Below the pieces are notes generated by a model, which ran no database searches, was not told where the DNA came from, and saw only the letters and a list, made by a program, of their open reading frames with translations. Of a stretch of 64,000 nucleotides of DNA, positions 38,801 through 50,249 are shown in pieces. A program made the translations under genes and the position numbers. Every line of letters begins with the position of its first letter. Positions within the stretch are counted from its first letter, which is position 1. The DNA is from Octopus sinensis. Taxonomy: Eukaryota. Location: positions 108,686,001-108,750,000 of the forward strand of contig NC_043001.1 of NCBI RefSeq assembly GCF_006345805.1, written 5' to 3'.

Positions 38801-41701
38801 GCACGCAATAAGCACCACGCATGCATGGGTTGTTGCCAGTGCTGCCTGACTGGTTCCTTATGCTGGTGGCATGTAAAAAGCCCCATCCAAAAGTGGCCGA
38901 TGCCAGTGCTGCCAGACTGGCTCCTGTGCCGGTGGCATGTAGAAAGCACCCACTACACTCTTGGAGTGGTTGGTGTTAGGAAGGGCATCTAGTTGTAGAA
39001 ACACTGCCAGATCAGACTGGAGCCTGGTCCGGCCTCCTGACTTGCCAATCCCCAGTCAAACTGTCCAACCCATGCCAGCATGGAAAACGGACGTTAAACG
39101 ATGATGATGATCATCATGGATGAATTATTTAAATGCATTTTTCCTCATTTGAAAATCAGGGTTATGCAATAAGTTATTCTTTGAGTGGTTGTATTTAAGA
39201 CTGAAATTGAACAGATAGAATTTACAGTTCTATATTTAAGAGATGAGGAATTATGTACATTATTTACATTTGACGGATATTTGTCCTCATCTTGTTTGTT
39301 GTTAAGTTTCGGCTGATACACCCTCCATCCTTCTTCAAGTGTCTTGGGGAAATTTCAAACCTGGGTTCTCATTCCTAAGGTATTTTTCAATGTTATTATT
39401 ATTATTATTATTATGCCCACGGGCATATGGCGTAGTGGTTAAGAGCATGGGCTACTAACCCCAAGATTCCGAGTTCGATTCCATGCAGTGACCTTATGAT
39501 AATAAATAATAGAAGATGAGGATGATGGTCGTCGCCGCCGTCGTCATCAAAAAACACCTTGTTTACACACCTGTCTTCGTCTTTTGTAATGTTTTTTTTT
39601 GTAAATGCCAACTATACACACACACACACACACACACATAAAAGGTTATGTAAAAAAAATCCGTATTTGTCTTCGATAATTATTGGTATTTCATATTTCA
39701 GATCCGTGGAAGCAAAAGCAAAGCTCAACACGACAAAGTCCTTGTGAACTGTCAGTACAGTATGGCAACGTTCAGCACTGGCGAAAGGAAGCGCAGGCCT
39801 CGTGGTGACCGCAAATCACAAGAAATGACCCTCTACCTCCAGCAAACGTTCAATGCAGCCATTATGACTTCATTTTATCCTCGGTCACAAATCGACATCT
39901 ATGTTGAGGTATTTGTTTTTCTCTTACTCTATGATTACTCTGTAACTGGGAGACTTCTATGTTGGGGCATTGCATTAAAATAAACTTCTGTCGATTATAT
40001 TGACTGCTGTGCCATTTCATGGTGCATATTTCGTTGCTTGTCTGGAAATTTCACTGTGTGGATGATAATAGCAAAACGTATTGTACTGGCAAATTTTTAA
40101 ATAAAAAAAAGAGAATGATAGGTTTTGTGACAGCATTAAATAAACAAGTCTTCATTCAATGTCAAACATTCAACAAAATCGTGATGAGGTCATTTTTAAA
40201 ACGAAATTTCTTAGGGCGAATTTTCCTACTGCAAACGTGTTTACAGTGAAATTTCTTGTAACCGTTTTAGTGAAATATTAAAGGAGGAAAAACTGATATT
40301 TAGCAGACAAAGGGAGATAATTCAGGAAAACTATAACACGATTTTAGTCATATATACAGTCATTTTTCTTATATACACATCTTATATATACACACTCCTC
40401 TTTTCCTATATATACACAATCCCTTTTTTCGTGTATATATATGCCTTATATATACACAGCTCTCTTTTCCTATATATACATTTTATATATACACTAACCT
40501 CTTTTCCTATATATAAATCTTATATATACACACTCCTCTTCCTATATACACTAATCTCTTTTCCTATATACACATCTTATATACACAGTTCTCTTTTCCT
40601 ATAAACGCATCTTATATATACACTGTCCTCTTTTCCTATATACACATCTTATATATACACTGCCTCTTTTCCTATATATACATTTTATATATACACTAAC
40701 CTCTTTTCCTATATATAAATCTTATATATACACACTCCTCTTTTCCTATGTACGCATCTTATATATACACAGTCCACTTTTTCTATATATACATCTTATA
40801 TATACACAGTCCACTTTTTCTATATATACATTTTATATATACACTAATCTCTTTTCCTACATACACATCTTATATATACACAATCCACTTTTCCTATATA
40901 TACATCTTATATATACACTGTCCTCTTTTCCTATAGACACATCTTATATATACACAGCCATTTTTTCCTGTATATACATCTTATGTATACACAGTCCTCT
41001 TTTCGTATATATACATCTTATATATATACTGTCCTCTTTTCCTATATATACATCTTATATATACACAATCCACTTTTCCTATATACACATCTTATATATA
41101 CACAGTCCTCTTTTCCTATTTATATATATACACAGTCCTCTTTTCCTATATATACATCTTATATATACATTGTCCCCTTTTCCTATAGACACACAAATAC
41201 ACAGTATATATACATCTTATATATGTACTGTCCTCTTTTCCTATATATACATCTTATATATACACAATCCACTTTTCCTATATACACATCTTATATATAC
41301 ACAGTCCTCTTTTCCTATTTATATATATACACAGTCCTCTTTTCCTATATATACATCTTATACATACATTGTCCCCTTTTCCTATAGACACATAAATACA
41401 CAGTATATATACAACTTGTATATGTACTGTCCTGTTTTCCTTTCTTTTTATGGCTGTTGTTGTTATTACTATTATTATTTTAAAAGGTAGTGAATTAACA
41501 AAATCCATTGACCATTTTGTCTTGTTAGGTGCTTGGCGATGGTGCCACATAAAAAGCGCCGGTGCTGGTGCCATCTGAAAAGTACCCTGTACACTGTGTA
41601 TAGTGGCTGGCATTAAAAAGGGCATCAAGCTGGTATGGCCCCTGTCCTTGCCAGCTCCTGTCAAACCATCCAACCCATGCCAGCATGGAAAACGGATGTT
41701 A

Positions 41702-41733
<32 letters not shown>

Positions 41734-42020
41734 GCTTTTTAATGAAGTGGTCTTTGGTTCAGTCCTGCATGTCACCTTGGGCAAGTGTCTTCTATTATAG
41801 CACCCAGCCAACTAAAGCTTTGTGCGTGGAAATGGTACATGGAAACTGAAAGAAGCCCATATATGCTGGTGTGTTTACGTCCCCGTCACTTAGCGGTTCG
41901 GCAAAAGAGACCGATAGAATAAGTACTGGGCTTACAAAGAATAAGTCCCGGGGTCGAGTTGCTCGACTAAAGGCAGTGCTCCAGCATGGCCGCAGTCAAC
42001 TGACTGAAACAAGTAAAAGA

Positions 42021-42061
<41 letters not shown>

Positions 42062-43494
42062 GGCACAGGTGTGACTGAGGTAAGAATTTGCTTCCATTCC
42101 AAACCACATGGTTCCAGATTCAGTCTCACTGCATGACACCTTGGATAATTTCTTCCTTTATAGCCTCGGGCTGACCAAAGCCTTGTGAGTGGATTTGGAA
42201 GATGGAAACTGAATGAAACCTGTCATATATATATATATATATATATATATACTAGCAGTATCGCCCGGCGTTGCTCAGGTTTGTAAGGGAAATAACTATA
42301 AAGCATTTTTAGAGAGTTATAGCCAAAAAATGGAAAAAAATGATGGTAAATTTTTTTTTGATAGTTAAAAAAGGTGGAGTTGCGTCCCCTACACAGTTTG
42401 TGGTTTGTGTTCCTGATTCTCGACCCCATGTCGAATTTATCGATTTTTTTCAGAACTGGGGGAACTTTTCAAAATTTTTGCTGCGTTAGTTTTGAATTAT
42501 GACATTGGGCTATGTGTGTGTCAAGTTTCATCAGAATCGGTTGAAAGCCGTGGCCAGGGTGAGGGTACAAGCAAACAGACACACAGAAACACGCACAGAC
42601 AAACTGCCGTTTATATAGAGAGAGATACACACATTCATATGTGTGTGTGTTCCATGCTGACATGAGTCAGGTGAATCCTAGGAATGTGGGGTAGATATGA
42701 GCTGTTCTAGAGGAGTCGTCTGGCATTCCTGAACTGATCACAGCCATTTCTTCCTCAATCAGAGGAGGTGGTACTGCTAGAGGTGATCTCTCGTTTACAT
42801 GAAGACAGCTTGAAGAAAGCTGCAATTATTATTCCAATTTGGTACTGACACGTAAAAGCACCATCCGTTTGTGGCCGTTATGCCAGCTCTGTCTGGCACC
42901 TGTGCAGGTGGCACGTAAAAAGCACCCACTACACTCGCGGAGTGGTTGGCGTTAGGAAGGGCATCCAGCCGTAGAAACACTGCCAAATCTGACTGGGCCT
43001 GATGAAGCCTTCCGGCTTCACAGACCCCAGTTAAACCGTCCAACCCATGCTAGCATGGAAAACGGACGCTAAATGATGATGATGATGATGATGATGATAT
43101 TTTTGCTTTTCTTTTTCTTCTTCAGGTGTTGCAATCAGATGGTGGTAATTACTGTGCATGTGTGAATGCAGCTACCCTAGCTATCATTGATGCTGGCATT
43201 CCCATCAAGGACTATGTCTGTGCCTGCTCAGCTGGTTTCGTTAATGAGACCCCACTGGTAGACATGAGCTACCTGGAGGAGTCGTCTGGCATTCCTGAAC
43301 TGATCACAGCCATTCTACCTCAATCAGAGGAGGTGGTACTGCTAGAGATGAACTCTCGTCTACATGAAGACAACTTGAAGAAAGTTCTCAACCAAGCTAC
43401 TAAAGGTTGTAAAGACATTTACCAAATCCTTAACGAAGCTGTACGGCATCACTTACAAGATGTTGTTCTCTCTATTGGAATAAATAATGATTAA
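35713..43494 (+). CDS. EXOSC4: Exosome complex component RRP41, 3 exons, 248 aa: join(35713-35883,39702-39908,43126-43494)
   Basis: MAGLELLSDQGFRVDGRR, ADGSAYLEMGNTKVLAAVYGPHE, NCQYSMATFSTGERK, PRSQIDIYVE, VLQSDGGNYCACVNAATLA are RNase PH-family Rrp41 motifs. Introns are GT-AG, phase 0, at positions that match my recollection of human EXOSC4. Confidence 0.97.
36621..36747. mobile_element. MITE with ~41-bp TIRs and internal TTAGGG-like units
   Basis: GGTACTACTTAAATACAGAGGTCCCGATGCATCTGCGTAAC / GTTACGTAGATGCGTCGGGACCTCTTTATTTAAGTAGTACC. Confidence 0.8.
38715..39115 (+). mobile_element. RTE-type 3' tail repeat with internal ~66-nt tandem units and (ATG)n tail (more than 20 copies across the window)
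   Basis: Units ...CTGACTGGCTCC..GGTGGCACGTAAAAAGCACC... followed by TGGCGTTAGGAAGGGCATCCAGCTGTAG...GCATGGAAAACGGACGTTAAACGATGATG. Confidence 0.8.
39225..39500. mobile_element. Second copy of the tRNA-head/hammerhead element, with head inverted relative to body
   Basis: Body on minus 39225-39410 (degenerate hammerhead); head TGCCCACGGGCATATGGCGTAGTGG...GTTCGATTCC on plus 39414-39493. Confidence 0.7.
39702..39908 (+). CDS. EXOSC4: EXOSC4 exon 2 (IRGSKSKAQHDKVLVNCQY...IDIYVE, 69 codons)
   Basis: Acceptor ATTTCAG|ATC, donor GAG|GTATTT. Confidence 0.95.
40340..41430 (+). repeat. ~37-bp minisatellite (ATATATACACAGTCCTCTTTTCCTATATATACATCTT), ~28 copies, with ~200-bp higher-order periodicity
   Basis: Direct reading; variant blocks recur at 40479/40681 and 41111/41310. 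Confidence 0.93.
42251..42625 (-). mobile_element. Non-autonomous Helitron-like element
   Basis: Minus-strand 5' TCTCTCTATATAAAC... and 3' GAGCAACGCCGGGCGATACTG-CTAGT terminus. Confidence 0.75.
42690..42820 (+). pseudogene. Frameshifted partial duplicate of EXOSC4 exon 3 (copy of ~43257-43384)
   Basis: About 128 nt, roughly 90% identical by eye, with an exact 39-mer GAGGAGTCGTCTGGCATTCCTGAACTGATCACAGCCATT and two 1-nt insertions. Confidence 0.9.
43126..43494 (+). CDS. EXOSC4: EXOSC4 exon 3 (terminal)
   Basis: Acceptor TTTTTCTTCTTCAG|GTG; TAA at 43492-43494. Confidence 0.95.
   Translation: MLQSDGGNYCACVNAATLAIIDAGIPIKDYVCACSAGFVNETPLVDMSYLEESSGIPELITAILPQSEEVVLLEMNSRLHEDNLKKVLNQATKGCKDIYQILNEAVRHHLQDVVLSIGINND
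43479..43484 (+). terminator. Candidate EXOSC4 polyadenylation signal inside the last codons
   Basis: AATAAA 8 nt before the stop codon, with a downstream GT/T-rich tract at 43499-43520. Confidence 0.4.
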
Positions 43495-43552
43495 TTTATC
43501 GTGTTTGTTTTTTTTTTTTATTATAAAAGAGATATTGGCTTTAGGAAAGACT

Positions 43553-43800
43553 GTGGAGGTGCGTGGCTTAGTGTTTAGGGTGTCAGCATATTGAGCGTAA
43601 GATTGTGGTTTCGATTCCTGGACCGGGCGACACATTGTGTTCTTGAGCAAAACACTTCATTTCATGTTGCTCCAGTCCATTCAGCTGGCAAAAATGAGTA
43701 ACGCTGCGATGGTCTGGCGTCCCGTACAGCTGGGGAACACATACGCCATTGAAACCGGGAAACTGGTCCCATGTGTCTGGCTAGGCTTTAAAAGGGCGCA
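43553..43800 (+). mobile_element. tRNA-derived SINE family C (other copies ~2190-2400, 3660-3870, 23155-23480, 58860-59045, 59085-59300, 60665-60740)
   Basis: GGCTTAGTGGTTAGG A box, GTTTCGATTCC B box, TGTGTTCTTGAGCAA core, and a V-domain-like GCGATGGTCTGGCGTCCC. Confidence 0.75.
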
Positions 43801-44429
43801 TTTATTTTTTTTATTTTAGGAAAGGCATCCAGCCATAGAAACTATGCCAAAGCAGACACTGGATTTCAGTGCAGTTCTCTTACCTGTCAATTCCTGTGGA
43901 ACCTTGTGTTATCTTCAAGAATTGTGTTAAACTATTGACCATCATAATTCACTTCGTCTATCCCTTTCCCTCCCTTAAACTCCCCTTTTTACAATTCCTA
44001 CTTTTGCTATCTTCTCTCTCACCATCTTCTCTATGTATTTATTTTTTACATTTATTTTTCCATTGATCTTCATTCTATTTCAAATATCTTATATGTATGT
44101 ATATATGTATGTATATGTTATTTATTTGGGGAACAGATCCGATTCCCTAGATCAAATGGATCAATTTGCACAGCTTACTTACAAGTTGTCTGTTACCTGT
44201 TTCTTTACTACCCACAAGGGGCTAAACACAGAGGGGACAAACAAGGACAGACAAACGGATTAAGTCGATTATATCGACCCCAGTGTTCAACCGGTACTTA
44301 TTTAATCGACCCCGAAAGGATGAAAGGCAAAGTGGACCTCGGCGGAATTTGAACTGAGAACATAACAGCAGACGAAATATGGCTCCGCATTTCACCCGGC
44401 GTGTTAACGTTTATGCCAGCTCGTCATGC

Positions 44430-45340
44430 TTGTACACTTCTATGAGAATACCATCTTGTCCAGGAGCTTTACCATTGGAAAATTTTTTCAATAGCAGTAC
44501 TTATGTCACTCAAGGAAGTATTTTCCACAGGTTCCTCAATTATGGGCCTCTGAATGATTTCATGCATTACTTCAGGATCAGTAGTGGATTCTTGATTTAA
44601 TATGGATTTCATTTTTGCTACTTAAAAGTTTTGATCTGTTGTTTGAAAGAATAGGTTTCATACTACTCTTTTTGGGATCAAATACACCTTTCAGATTATG
44701 ATAGAATTCTCTCAAGTTGTGAGAGTTACCAGCCTGTTCTAATTCTTGGGTCTTTTTGTCTGCCAAGAATTCTCTGTTTTTATATGTTGGTGGCATGTAA
44801 AAAGCACCTTCCAACCATGATCGATACCAGGGTCACCTGACTGGCTCCCATGCCAGTGGCATGTAAAATGCACCATCTAGATCTGATCGATAGCAGGGCT
44901 GCCTCACTGGCTCCCATGCCGGTGGCATGTAAAAAGCATCTACTACACTCTCGGAGTGGTTGGCGTTAGGAAGGGCATCCAGTTGTAGAAACATTACCAG
45001 ATCAGATTGGAGCCTGTTGCAGCCTCCTGGCTTTTCAGACCTCAGTCAAACTGTCCAACCCATGCCAGCATAGAAAACGGACGTTAAACGACGACGACGA
45101 TGATGATGATTTTCAATGGTGCTCCAACATGTTTTCAGGGATTACAATGAAGGTGTAAAATTCCAGTTTCACACAGATGGAGTTCTACTAATCCTAAAAG
45201 GGCAAAGTTTCAGATTAAAAAGGAAATCAGAGAGATTCTACGTGACTTCCTGTATGCTGATACAATTTAGGGAATTCAAAAGACAATTGACAGGTTTGTG
45301 ATGGCAGCTTGTGCATTTGGACTGACTGTCAGCATCTAAT
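44430..45340. mobile_element. RTE/BovB-like LINE fragments in opposite orientations
   Basis: Minus 44430-44790: NSHNLREFYHNLKGVFDP. Plus 45115-45340: VFRDYNEGVKFQFHTDG...DFLYAD...FGLTVS. Confidence 0.7.
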
Positions 45341-45559
45341 GGTAAACTAACCACTATACTGGAAACTGACTGGATAATGATAATCTACATGGAGCTCTAA
45401 CTCATACAGTAGAAGTCATACATCTAACTATACTCAGAAGATATACGACGTGGATGATATTTTCAATAGAAACGTTACAACTGTATCTGATTGTTCATGT
45501 ACTTCAATACTGTGTCTTTATATATATTTATTCTGTTGCTGACATTTATCAAGTTTCCC

Positions 45560-45589
<30 letters not shown>

Positions 45590-45593
<4 letters not shown>

Positions 45594-45668
45594 TAATAAT
45601 AAAATATTAGGGAATAAATCCAGACTTACAGGGAAAAATCAGATTTAGGATTAAATCCAATTTTATAG

Positions 45669-45703
<35 letters not shown>

Positions 45704-45890
45704 AAATTAGAGATAAAACCACTATTAGGCAAATCAAACAATGAAAAACATAAGCCAATACATAAAATTAATTTAATTTATATTATTTTAAATATATATC
45801 AAAAGTATTAAAAGTTTAATAAAAGATAAAGATTTATGTTTTTCATTGTTTGATTTGCCTAATAGTGGTTTTATCTCTAATTTATTATGA
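45590..45890. repeat. Related AT-rich foldback element
   Basis: ~55-bp inverted arms AATTAGAGATAAAACCACTATTAGGCAAATCAAACAATGAAAAAC; 45605-45668 is the reverse complement of 56455-56520. Confidence 0.8.
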
Positions 45891-46602
45891 TATATATATA
45901 TGTATATAGCCATCTCTAGCAGACAAGGTGTCCAGTACTGAACAGTGACAGAAATAGCCCGAAACCAGGACTGGTCTGCTGGTCCCGTCGCTAGAAGGTG
46001 GTAGGGGTTCGCTCCCCTGCTCGTAATTTATCGGATGCAACACTGCATCATTAACCAGCTAGAGGAGGTGTCCTCTTATGGGTTAAAAAATAGCAGTAGA
46101 ATCCGTTCGAACGGACAGTCATGTGGAAGTGGCTTCGAATATTTCTTGCTAGTACAACCACTGCTTTGGTCTCTTAGAGGGATTTAAAAACTAGCATTTA
46201 TGCTTGTTTGTGTGCGTATATATATATATATATATATATACGCACATATATAAATATATCTTACATTCTGTTACTAATGTTCACCAAGAAAGTCAATCTA
46301 AATATTTGCACAAATTATGATGGTACGTGCATGATTTAGAAATATTTTTATCCTGCAGCGTATCAACGGGTTTGAACCAGTTCCCCACGAACCTGAGGCC
46401 TTAATAAAAAAACTGTTTTATGACATTTTAACGTTTTGTTTGAGACTATTTTTCACGCAAGAAACTAATTTTCGTGTGACGTCATAATTTGAGACCTTTC
46501 TCAAACCGATATATATATATATATATATATAATTGAAATTAATACCGAATCTATCAAAATTCATTGAGAAATATGTTACAATAAATCGTACACGTTTCAG
46601 AT

Positions 46603-46859
46603 TGTTGTTATGAGAGTCACGACGCCCCCTTGCGAGAGACAGGCTGGTCCGAATAAAATATAAATAGTAACGATGTGAATGAGTTTGAGGTTCAGAGTTC
46701 AGAGTCGAATGAGTTCGTGTTCGCAGCGAAGTCGGAAGTTGTCGGTTGGTTAATTCACAAGAAATATTAATTGTTGGTTCGTAAAGAGGTTTGTTAGTTC
46801 ATTACATTGTTTTTGCTGTTTGGTTATCTTATTTATAGTACGTAAATTACGTTACAACA
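46603..46859 (+). mobile_element. Solo LTR
   Basis: TGTTGT...ACAACA inverted ends, TATA-like TATAAATA, flanks AGAT / GATA (target duplication ambiguous). Confidence 0.6.
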
Positions 46860-47089
46860 GATATACAAGAGAAAACAAGTTTTCTTAAAAGAAAAGAAGT
46901 CAGAACTATCCTATTTTGTAAAGTTTCTCTTATGACGTCATGGTCGTATTTTTTTTTTAACAAAATCCAAACGTTGCTTGTGTTTCATATGTTTAGTAAT
47001 ACTTCCCCACGTTGAAAGATTTCGACATAGCATCATTAACTTGAACACAAACATCTGGGCGTTTGTATAGGGACTTCTCTATTTCATTG

Positions 47090-47450
47090 AATTTGCCACA
47101 AGGGCAGTACACAGAGAAGCTTGCGGACTGGACACGGACATTAATGAGATGAATGATAATGATACAAGGATGATAAGGATGGGCGAAGACGAAAAGCGCC
47201 CGTCGACTTTCGCTTCTCTAAAACGTCACATCGAGGCATTAAACCTCTTACACATTTCAAAAACACGAGGCAAACCTGTATAGGGACTTCTCAGTAACCA
47301 GAAGTTACCCATTAACTTTAATCTCTTGCAAAACCCTTAACAGCCTGTTCTGCGGTACGCAGTCACATCTTTTGAAGTCTACTAAGAAAGTGTACATCCC
47401 TTGGTAACATTCCCACGATTTCTCAAAGACTTGCTCTAGAGTGGGTAATC
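47090..47450 (-). mobile_element. RTE RT fragment (47270-47450) next to a LINE 3' tail ending GCCCTTGTGGCAAAT
   Basis: TLEQVFEKSWEC...FLVDFKRCDCVPQNRLLRVLQE is a degenerate RTE RT segment. Confidence 0.6.
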
Positions 47451-48059
47451 CTTTCTACTTTAAGCACAAGGCCTGAAATTTGGGGGAGGCGGTTAGTCGA
47501 TTACGTCGACCCCAGTACTCAACTGTTACTTAATTTGTCGACCCCGAAAGGATGAAAGGCAACGTCGACTCGGCAGAATTTGAACTCAGAACGTAGCGGC
47601 AGACGAAATACCTATATTTTTACTGTCCACAAGGGGCTAAACACAGAGGGGACAAACAAGGACAGACAAAAGGATTAAGTCGATTATATCGACCCCAGTG
47701 CGTAACTGGTACTTAATTCATCCCCGAAAGGATGAAAGGCAAAGTCGACCTCGGTGGAATTTGAACGCAGACTAAATACCTGTTTCTCTATTAGCCACAA
47801 GGGGCTAAACATAGAGGGGACAAACAAGGACAGACAAACGGATTAAGTCGATTACATCGACCCCAGTGCGTAACTGGTACTTAATCTATCGACCCCGAAA
47901 GGATGAAAGGCAAAGTCGACCTCGGCGGAATTTGAACTCTGAACGTAACGGCAGACGAAATACGGCTACGCATTTCGCCCAGCGTGCTAACGTTTCTGCC
48001 AGCTCGCCGGCAGACGAAATACCGCTAAGCATTTCGCCCGGCGTGCCAGCTCGCCGCCT

Positions 48060-48482
48060 TCGTAGAGTGGATAATGACCGAAAGAATACGATCACGAATA
48101 CAAGCGGCCGATATGGGGTTCCTCTGAAGGGTCAGTCTCTGGAATAACATTACTCGACAAGGGTGCATAGCTTGGAGATCAGGGAGCCTCTCTTCTCTGC
48201 TTTGAGAAGTCACACAACTCCGATATTACAGACATGTGATAAGAAATCCACAGGAAAGAATCGCAAGACGGGCTGCTCTTCAAGCCGAGCCAACCGACAG
48301 GAAACAGCTGCAGGGGCAGATCAAGAAAACGAGATTGTTGGATAATAGTCTGAGCAGATCATGCTTGGGAATTTGACCAAAAAGTGTCATGACGGTCGCT
48401 TCTGTCAAGTCCTTATGGAAGAGGATCCTGAGGCCTCTACCTCCATGACCCTCCTAGGAATAGTGGGTGCAAAAGGTGGATG
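48060..48482 (+). mobile_element. RTE LINE 3' end
   Basis: WIMTERIRSRIQAADMGFL...VHSLEIREPL...ERIARR: RTE C-terminus with frameshifts. Confidence 0.75.
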
Positions 48483-50249
48483 AACGGGTGGAGTCATACA
48501 TCAGTGGACACCAACCTGGAATTCTATAGATAGTGTCTTGTTTATCAAATTGAACACCAACAGCATTGGGATATTTTACCGGCCACGAAGCAGATAAATC
48601 ATTTGGTATTCTGGTAAGAGCGTTTTCTCCAAGCTTATACTTAAATAATAGCACATACATACACACACACACACACACACTTATACACTTCTTTAAGAAC
48701 ACATGCTTACGTGTATGTATATACGAATAAATAAAAGCGTATATATGGAATACATATATTTATGTATGTTAGAATACACACAAGCATACGTACCGTAAAT
48801 TCTCGAGTATAATACGCAGGGAATTTTTAGGAGGCTGTACCTCTGAAAAACCTAAACCTTGTGTATAATACACACCCCTTCTCTAACTTGAGTCAAGGAG
48901 GTCTATATAACATCCTTGGTTTGTAAAAATGTATACGGTAACGTCCTTTATTATTATTGTATATATAACATAATGCAAACGTGTAGCCTTTTTGTGCATT
49001 TTGTTTGCAGGAAATAAAGAAATAAACAGTAATAACGTTTAATAAATGTTGCTTACTGCAAATTATGGATGATTCTTTTATGACTTCATTGCTTTCAGGC
49101 TTAGCTTAAGATATTTTCGCGCCTGACATCACAAAATGCGTCTGAATAAACATTGCCGGACAGCAAATACAGACTTGGACATTGCTTAGAAAATATTTCT
49201 TTACGTTCTGAGTTCAAATTCCACCAAGGTCGACTTTGCCTTTCATCCTTTCGGGGTCGATAAATTAAGTACCAGTTGCGTACTGGGGTCGATCTAATCG
49301 ACTGGCCCCCACCTCCCCATATATTTCGGGCCTTGTGCCTAGAGTAGAAAAGAATATATTTTCGGGTTTAATAAGAGTTAGGATAAAGAACACCAAGAAA
49401 TTCGAAGACAAGTTAAAGATAGCTGCAACATTTATTCCACTGCTAAAAGGAAATACAGCAAACTGGTATAACATGAATAAATCTGTCAAATAAATTACGT
49501 ACATAGTTTCAAAGTGTTTCTTGGACATGAAAACGAACGAAGGAAAAACAAAACATGGCGTCAAAGTATCATGTAACATGACGTCAGGTACAATTCTTTC
49601 CTCACTGGCTCAACTCAAAAGACCATTCTTATTTATAGCTACCTATAGGTTCAAAAAGGAACACAATTTTGGCTGTGGTAGGAAAAGGTCTGATTGGATG
49701 ACTTAAAACATCCAATCGGCACGCACAGGAATGGTCATGAGACCACACGCAGAAAAAAAGGGTTGTTGGAACCAAAAATGGACTATTTAAGGCTAAACAA
49801 CCAAATGTTGAAAATCGCTCCACTACAACTCTGTAAAGTGGTTGGCGTTTGGAAGGGAATTCAGCTGTAGGAACCAAACCTAAACAGACTATGGCCCCTG
49901 GTCTTACCAGACGCTATAAAACTGTCCAACCCGTGCCAGCATAGAAAAGGGGCGTTAAATGATGATAATGGATTGCATAGGAAAAACATTCGAAGTAAAA
50001 TGTTATAATCCTGTCGGTGTTCCATACATGGCTTTGAACGTGGTTTATTCCTTCTGTGGTTTGTGTTCTTCCTTTCAAGGGTCCATATATGACCTTCTCG
50101 GTGAAATGTTCTATTTTTTTTATTGTATTGTAGTATCAAGTTGTACGAGTATGTGTGTGTGCGTTTTCCGTAGACTTCTTTGCATTTGTGTGCATGTAAG
50201 AGTGGGTATGTTTAGCTTCCTATATTTTTGTGGGTATGTATGAAAATTG

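Noticed and set aside
39300-39345. Functional hammerhead in the second tRNA-headed copy
   Set aside because: Core degenerate (CUUGAAGAAGG, disrupted stem II, deleted stem III/I segment).
39420-39493. tRNA-Ser(ACT)-like gene
   Set aside because: A and B boxes are present, but the acceptor and T stems do not pair properly and the sequence is part of a dispersed repeat.
40983-41811. Repetitive YTSYIYT ORFs
   Set aside because: Translation of the stop-poor minisatellite strand plus SINE sequence.
48454-48702. LGENALTRIPNDL segment as an LRR exon
   Set aside because: Single short match, weak splice sites, and flanked by LINE and CA repeats.
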